A stretch of 64,000 nt of DNA, from the NCBI RefSeq assembly GCF_963921235.1, contig NC_086097.1:96970001-97034000 (forward strand). Reading direction: 5' to 3'. Below, piece by piece: positions 57,505 to 64,000 of this stretch. Below the pieces are notes generated by a model. That model ran no database searches and was not told where the DNA came from. It saw only the letters and a list, made by a program, of their open reading frames with translations. The DNA comes from Mobula hypostoma. Lineage: Eukaryota. Position numbers and translations under genes: made by a program. How positions within the stretch are numbered: position 1 is the first letter of the stretch; each line of letters starts with the position of its first letter.

Positions 57505-57810
57505 TTGATTTATTGTGATACAGTGCAGAATAGGCCCTTCTGGCCTTTCGAGCCACTCTGCCCAGTGATCCCCCAATTTACTCCTAGCCTAATTACAGGA
57601 TGATTTTAAATGACCAATTATCCTACCAACCAGCACAACTTTGGACTGTAGGAGGAACCTGGACTGTAGGAGGGAACCGGAGCACCTAGAGGAAACCCAC
57701 GCGGTCACAGGGAGAACCTACAAACTCCTTGCAGACAGTGACAGGAATTACATCCAGGTCACCTGCACTGTAAAGCATTGTGCTAAACTCTGCATTACCA
57801 TGCTGCTCAA
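57505..57810 (-). mobile_element. V-SINE with CR1-like tail
   Basis: accggagcacctagaggaaacccacgcggtcacagggagaacctacaaactcctt (reverse V-domain). Confidence 0.75.
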
Positions 57811-57999
57811 ATCATACTCCGCTGCTCTTCTTCCTGTTCCAGCTGACCAGAAGTGCACTCAGAGCGGTAAGCATAAAGGAATTGGGTGCTTACTGATCTG
57901 GTTAATAACGGATGGTGCAATCCGGGGCATATTACAATCGAGGAATGTGTTTGCAGACTGGATATTGAACTCTTTACTGTTGGACGTCAGCCACATTCC

Positions 58000-58266
58000 A
58001 CCGTGATACAACACTTAGCGGCACGGGAGCTCGTTCCTGCCTGTGGCCATCGAACGTGCAGTTCCTCCCGTGGAGGGTCAGACACCCTGAGCCAATAGAC
58101 TGGTCCTGGACTTATTTTCCATCTGGCATAGTTTACATTTTGTTGTTTGATTGTTGGGGGGTTTTGTATTGCTATATTTACGCTCTATTCTTGGTTGATG
58201 CGGCTGTAATGAAACCAAATTTCCCTTGGGATTAATAAAGTATATCTATCTATCTATCTATCTATT
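58000..58266 (+). mobile_element. Rex1 3' end with (CTAT)n tail, same family as 15343-16224
   Basis: ...GGSDTLSQ* C-terminus identical to ORF 15506; tail tatctatctatct. Confidence 0.85.
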
Positions 58267-59254
58267 CTATGGGCACTCAGATAAAGTTCCCTTTCACTCA
58301 TTGATCTTCTGGAATCTAGTAACCTTTGTGTCCTTTGCATTTGACCTTTCCGTATTTCACTCTGACTTTTCTTTTATCTAACTTTTCTTCTGGTCTTTGT
58401 ATTGCTTCTCTCTGTCTTTCTGCCTAGATTTCCATATCCCTGCCGTATGCCCTCATAGCAGCACCAGCAAACAATCACCAAAAGGGGGGTTAGTTAGAGT
58501 GGCTGTAAAATATCATAGAGAATTAGTGTCATAATAATCACTTCAAGTAAAAACAGATTCATCTACCAGTGATCAGGATGATGAAAACAAAATACAAGAG
58601 ACATTAGGAAGACCTTTCACTAATCCTGTTGCTGGAAACTGAGATCTTCTCAACAGGGATCACTAAGCATCATCATTGGTGCATGGGAAATATTCATCTT
58701 AAATTGGCAATCTCTACCAAGATAAGTATCTGAGAATGGTGTAAGTCTGTGAATTTCTGGCCAGGAACCATGCTAATTATTCTGTTGAAATAAATGAAGC
58801 AATTGCCTAATTCTTGGGCATCAATGACACCATAAAATGCTTCTCAACTTTGTTGCTCAGAACTAAAGAATATATGCTGCCTGTGGCAACTACTGCTCAT
58901 GCCAACGTATTTGCAAGAAAATTTCTTGTGCAGGTAGCCTGTGCTGTGAAACAGTGAGTAACACTCTCAACTGATCTCAAAGTTGACTGTAGGGTTTGTA
59001 GAGTTGGGATTAATGAAGGAGTATGTGATGATTTCAGCAGCAGGTGAGCTGAACTGAGCCAATGACATGGTGTAGAAAACCAAGTATACAGTCTTGGTGA
59101 TAGTGTGAATGCTATCTCTTGGAGATAGAAAAGAAGTTGTTAGCTAAGAGCCCAGAAGCGGGGAAAGAAATATTAGCACTGAACAGCAATTGCATGGAGA
59201 TTTTAATGCTGATATTTAAAGAAACAAGTTGTTCAAGTTCAAAGACGCCATACT

Positions 59255-60400
59255 TGGAGTCTTCATGAATCTATGGCTACCCCACAGGTTTGGAGAAAGT
59301 GGGAGGAGCCGAAGGAAAATATTATTGAGGATGAGGGCCGGTCCTGCCAGACAGAGGAGGTGGTGGTGGAGGGGGATTGGTTGGTTCTGTCAAGAAAGAG
59401 GCGGAGGGCTTTGAGGCCTGGTGGAGGATAGAGTGTATAGGGACTGAGCGTCCATGGTGAGGACGAGGCAGTCAGGGCAAGGGAATGAAATGTTACTGAA
59501 GAGACAGAGGGCATGAGAAGTGTCACAGATGTAGGTGGGAATGGGCTGAACCATGGGGTATGGAATAGAGTCAAGATACGAGGACACGAGCTCAGTAGGG
59601 CAGGAAAAGACAAAGACAATAGGCCGACCCGAATAGTCGGTTTGTGTATCTTGGGTAGGAGGTGGAAGCGAGCAGTACAGGTTAAGGGTACTGTGAGTTT
59701 GGTGGCAGTAGTTGGGAGTTCTTCAGAGTGGATGAAGTCAGTGATGATGTCGGAGACAGTCTTCTGATGGTGGGGTGTGGAATCGTCCTCGAGGGGTAGG
59801 TATGAGAAGATGTCTAAGAGTTGCCACTTGGCCTCAGCAAGGTAGAGGTCACAACAGCACCCCTTCATCTGCAGGTATAATGGTAAGGTTGAGATTGCTG
59901 TGGAGAGCAGTGTGTTCAGAAGGGGTAAGGTTGGAGGAGGAAAGAGGAGTGTTGAAATCAAGACAGTTGATGTCTCATCAGCAGTTAGAGATGAAAAGAT
60001 TCAGAGCAGGGTGTCCAAGTAGAGGAGGAGGGTTGGAAAAGGGAGAAGGGTTCATTAGCTTGGGATATGGAATTCTTGTCAGAAGGGGGGAAAGAGCTGA
60101 TGGTGTCAGAGGAGAGAGGAGATTTGGGGTGTTCAGGGAAGGTGGGGAGGGAGGAACATGGAGGCTCTGAGGACTCAAGAGCTGATGGTCAGGCCTGAGA
60201 GACATGGGATTTCAGAGTGGTGGTGGAGGAAGGGGAGACTGGGGGTCCAATGGCACTGTGTAAAGTCTAGGCTTGGAGGTGCTGGCAGAGAAGGCCCAGG
60301 CTGGAGCTAGAGCTAGAGGTCACTCAATTAGCAGATTTAAGGTGCTGAAGGTCATAGGAACCACCATTGATGGTGATGGGATCCAGATTCTCCTTACAAA
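59255..60400 (-). mobile_element. Penelope-like RT N-terminal fragment
   Basis: TARFHLLPKIHKP and TMDAQSLYT; collinear with 36800-38050. Confidence 0.85.
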
Positions 60401-60949
60401 CTCCTTACATATATAGTTCAAACTCACACAATTGTGCCTACTAATCCACCCAACTGACATAAACCTGTGAATATTTTGAAGAATACTGTATATAGACTTT
60501 GATATTTCCCAACTTTTGTTTTTGATTTTATACATACTGTAGATGCTACAAGATTTTCTGCCTCTGAATTTACAGATGTAATGAATGTAAATGTGTGATT
60601 TAGCATCAAAGGAGGTGATTGTTTGTCTAGGTTTTTTAACCGTTTAATTGTTATTTTCCCTGCAGTTTTACAATTAATTGGCTGCTTGTATTATATATAT
60701 GCAACTCCCTAGTGCCACAGTATATATAAGTAGTTGTTTGGGAGACCAAGGAGATGCCCGAGCAGTCTGGAACACTTGCAGCTAAGCCTAAGGAATCCAG
60801 AGGCCAGGTATACGCAGATCCTTAGAAATTCCTATCTCTAATTGCTGTGAGGTCCCGACCAGACGGGTTGGAACACGCACGGTGTCATTGGCCGGGACAG
60901 GATTGTCTGTCCTTCAAGGCAGGACTAGGTCTCCAGAAGGCCTCAGGTT

Positions 60950-62316
60950 GCCTTGCACCGAAGTCTGCCCCTTGTTGGTCGCTGATCTAGGGGGAGTCGT
61001 GGGGTAGCAACACCACGCCGCAAACATGCCCTCTTTCAATGACTGGACGAAGCTATGATTCTCCTCTCCCTCCAATCACGAATGATTTATGTTGGGACAG
61101 CAGGGGTTCGCGAGGATCAGGATATGACTGGTGAGTCAATGATGTGGAAAATAATGTCCTCCACATGATGCCCTATCCAATAGCGCAGTCTATTGCTGCA
61201 CCTGGCCGGAACCTAGCAGGCCGCGGTCCAAGACACTTGCCGGCAGGGACTGGCTAAACCCTCGCAGCTGCCTCTCGAGCCGACAGGCGGTCCCGAATCC
61301 AAAACGTTACCCGCAGCCCACAAAAGCCTTCAACTGCCGCCGTTTCTTACCCCAGGTCATCTCCGCTTCAGCACGAAACCAGAATCCCTGGAATCGGGAG
61401 TAGTGGCTACTATGGTCACAATTCTCCCGACACTGGACTGTCTTTGCTGTTCTCCCAACGGCTGCACCCTCGGGTCTTCGGCCCGCAGGAGACCCATCTC
61501 CCCACATCAATAGGAGTTCTGGCGCCGGGATTTCAATGGCGGAGAGTCCAGTGCAGCCAATCTGTCTGGGTTCGACTAAGTCCTGAACAGCGGACGGGCA
61601 GGTCATGGTCCGCGATCGGGTTGTGGGGGGAGTTGAAGCTGGCCTCGGTTAGCCGCCTTCGACCTCGAATTAGTCCCACACGATCATCGAGACGAGGTCG
61701 ATTAGAACTTCGTAGTCACCTGCTGGCTCTCCCATTGCGAGGGATTCCTTCAGTTCGTCTCGGAGTCCGTGGCGGTGTAGAGTAGCCAATGCCTCCGCGT
61801 TCCAGACATTCTCTCGGGCTAAGATCCGAAACTCGATGCCGTAATCGGCCGCGGACCGACCACCCTTTCGAATCTTCATCAGACGATTGAAACACCTTCC
61901 TCATGGCGTCAATGAATTCCCAATGCGCGGAAGGAAGCCCAGGCCAAGGCTTTTCCGGTCGGAAGAGAGATAATGAAGACACCTTTCCGTGCTCTGAAGG
62001 GAACTGGGACGGCTGGATTTCCAACAGTAATGAGCACTGCATGAGGAAGCCGAGGCAAGAGCCCGGGTCTCTCCGGCTTGGAAGATGTACTGGTTCCGCA
62101 GAGCGAACGACTGGCTCTCCCAGGCGACTCTGATTTCCCCCTTGCGAAATTTGACAAACAGCTACCCGGAGGTCGTGTATCTCCCGGCTCTGTCTGGAAA
62201 TCTTCTCGCTGGGACTGGTCACAGCGACGAGAGACACTAGTTAGCCCGCTGAGTTTATGCTGGCTCAAACGTAGTGTGATGAAAGTTCTTGACGACAATG
62301 GTTTGGACCCAAATGC
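60950..62316 (-). mobile_element. Ty3/Gypsy (Sushi-like) LTR retrotransposon remnant: LTR end, gag, protease
   Basis: GSCLGFLMQCSLLLEIQPSQFPSEHGKV, ISLPTGKALAWA and SAADYGIEFRILA...GLRDELKESL (gag); LKAFVGCG (cf. ALxDSG) and IIFHIIDSP (protease); LTR-end-like tttgggtcc...tcatcaca. Frameshifted, and no RT was found. Confidence 0.8.
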
Positions 62317-62319
62317 TGG

Positions 62320-62465
62320 AGTATTGATTAGTCAGGGCACGAAGGGTTACGGGGAGAAAGCAGGAGACTGAGGTTGAGAGAGAAATAGATCAGCCATGAT
62401 GAAATGGTGAAGTAGACTCAATGGGCCAAATGGCCTAATTCTGCTCCCATATCTCATGGCCTTAC
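62320..62465 (+). mobile_element. CR1 3' UTR fragment
   Basis: gatcagccatgat...gggccaaatggcctaattctgctcc. Confidence 0.75.
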
Positions 62466-62474
62466 AGACGTTAA

Positions 62475-62790
62475 TGTGCCAAGCAGCATCCGTGGGAGTA
62501 AAGGAATTGTTGATATTTCGGGTTGGGAACCTGCATCAGCACTGACAGGGGAGGAAGGTTGCTGGTATAAAGAGCGGAGGGTGAGGGTAAAGAATACTGG
62601 GCAAATGGAGCCAGGTCTGCGAGGGGGAGAGTGAAGATGGGGGCAGCCACGAGTATGAAAAGTGGGAACACAAAGCATCTATGAGTGGTGCAATATGATA
62701 AGTAAGGAAATGAACTATTAAGGAAGAGATGTAGGACGGATGAAACCAGATGAGGCAGGGGATCTGTCAAAATGTGTGGATAGTAGGAAT
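62475..62790 (-). mobile_element. old Penelope pLTR fragment
   Basis: gcagcatc...tgttgatatttcggg...catcagcactg (decayed hammerhead) followed by a purine-rich tract. Confidence 0.55.
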
Positions 62791-63159
62791 ATGCAACTCT
62801 TCACAAGTATATCAATGCTTCATGTGCACAAAGCTTATATTACTCCCGAATCGTTTTAATTTTGTCTGACTGGATGTAACTAGATAGTGTTAACCACCTA
62901 TTCAAAGACTCACCACATGTCCTTTTACAAGGTTATGTTAATACTAGGTGCAATAAGACTGTCTTACAGATTACAAAGCTTGGAAGGCTTATTCTCAGTC
63001 ATTGCTGTGGATATAACTGATGATTTGTTATCATCTTAGACTACACATGTATTACTGTGGACCACACAACCTGTGTTACGACTGATGCAGCGGAACAGAT
63101 GTGAATGTGACTCCTGACATCTCTTCTCATTTCTGGCATTGTATTGACCAAGCAGGAGG

Positions 63160-63640
63160 TCATAGAGACATAGAGTACTACAGCAAAGAACAAGGCACTT
63201 CAGCACATCTAGTCCAAGCCGAGTCCCACCAACCTGCACCAGGACAACCGTGCTCCACACCCCTCCCATCCATGTACTCATCCAAACTTCTCTTAAATAC
63301 TGAAACTGAACCCACATCCACCACTTCCCCGGCAGCTCGTTCCACATTCTTACCAACCTCTGAGTGTAGAAGTTCCCCCTCATGCTCCCTTTAAACATTT
63401 CACCTTTCACCCTCAACCCCTGATGTCTAGTTCTAGTTCCACCCAACCTCAGGAGAAAATACAATACATACTCATAAAACCTCAGGAGAAAATACAATAC
63501 ATACTCATAAATTTGCATACCTCTATCAACTCTCCCCTCGTTCTCCCACACTCCAGGGGAGTTCTAAACTATTCAGCTTTTTTCCTATAACTCAGGTCCT
63601 CAAGTCCTAGCAACATTGCTGTACTCTTTTAATCTTATTT
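63160..63640 (-). mobile_element. CR1 3' fragment with an internal 33-bp tandem duplication (63445-63510)
   Basis: RTRHQGLRVKG...NFYTQRLVRMWNELP. Confidence 0.75.
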
Positions 63641-63644
63641 TTAA

Positions 63645-64000
63645 TCTGTTGTGGATAGTGTGGAGGGCTGTTAGAGGTTACAGTGGTCATTGATAGGGTG
63701 CAAAACTAGGCTGAGAAGTGGCAGGTGGAGTTCAACCCAGAGAAGTGTGAAGTGGTTCATTTTGCTAGGTCAAATATGATGACAGAATATAGTATTAATG
63801 GTAAGACTCTTGGCAGTGTGGAGGATCAGAGGGATCTTGGGGTCCAAGTTCATAGGACACTCAAGGCTGCTGCGCAGGTTGACTCTGTGGTTAAGAAAGC
63901 ATATGGTGTATTGGCCTTCATCAACCATGGGATTGAGTTTAGGAGCTGAGAGGTAATGTTGCAGCTATATAGGACCCTGGTTAGACCCCACTTGGAGTAC
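63645..64000 (+). mobile_element. CR1 RT C-terminal fragment running off the window
   Basis: EFNPEKCEVVHF...RDLGVQVH...KKAYGVLAFI. Confidence 0.85.

Noticed and set aside
63445..63510. 33-bp tandem duplication (also a short one near 57641-57678)
   Set aside because: A local slippage inside a dead repeat, with no sign of function.

Overview
Eukaryotic, repeat-rich vertebrate genomic DNA. The mix of CR1, Rex1/Babar, Penelope-like elements and V-SINEs suggests a cartilaginous fish such as a ray or shark (inference). One host gene can be assembled with confidence: a minus-strand EEF1AKMT3 (METTL21B)-like protein-lysine methyltransferase with three coding exons (29775-29605, 27375-27264, 23092-22680; 231 aa from the first in-frame ATG). 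A CpG-rich, repeat-free block at about 45.6-47.6 kb is its likely promoter/first exon or an enhancer. The rest is mostly nested transposons: a young CR1 LINE with an intact 831-aa ORF, Rex1, L1, Penelope-like elements, a Gypsy gag-protease remnant, a solo LTR, hAT, Tigger/pogo, Harbinger and Tc1-type DNA elements, and several tRNA-derived SINEs. Best leads: a ~130-bp TSD-flanked mini-retroelement headed by a minimal hammerhead ribozyme; a 68-nt hairpin covering a splice acceptor within a cluster of unexplained exon-like segments downstream of the methyltransferase; and a homeodomain-motif-dense non-coding block. Nothing here can be shown to be a new system from sequence alone, and most short ORFs in the track are spurious.
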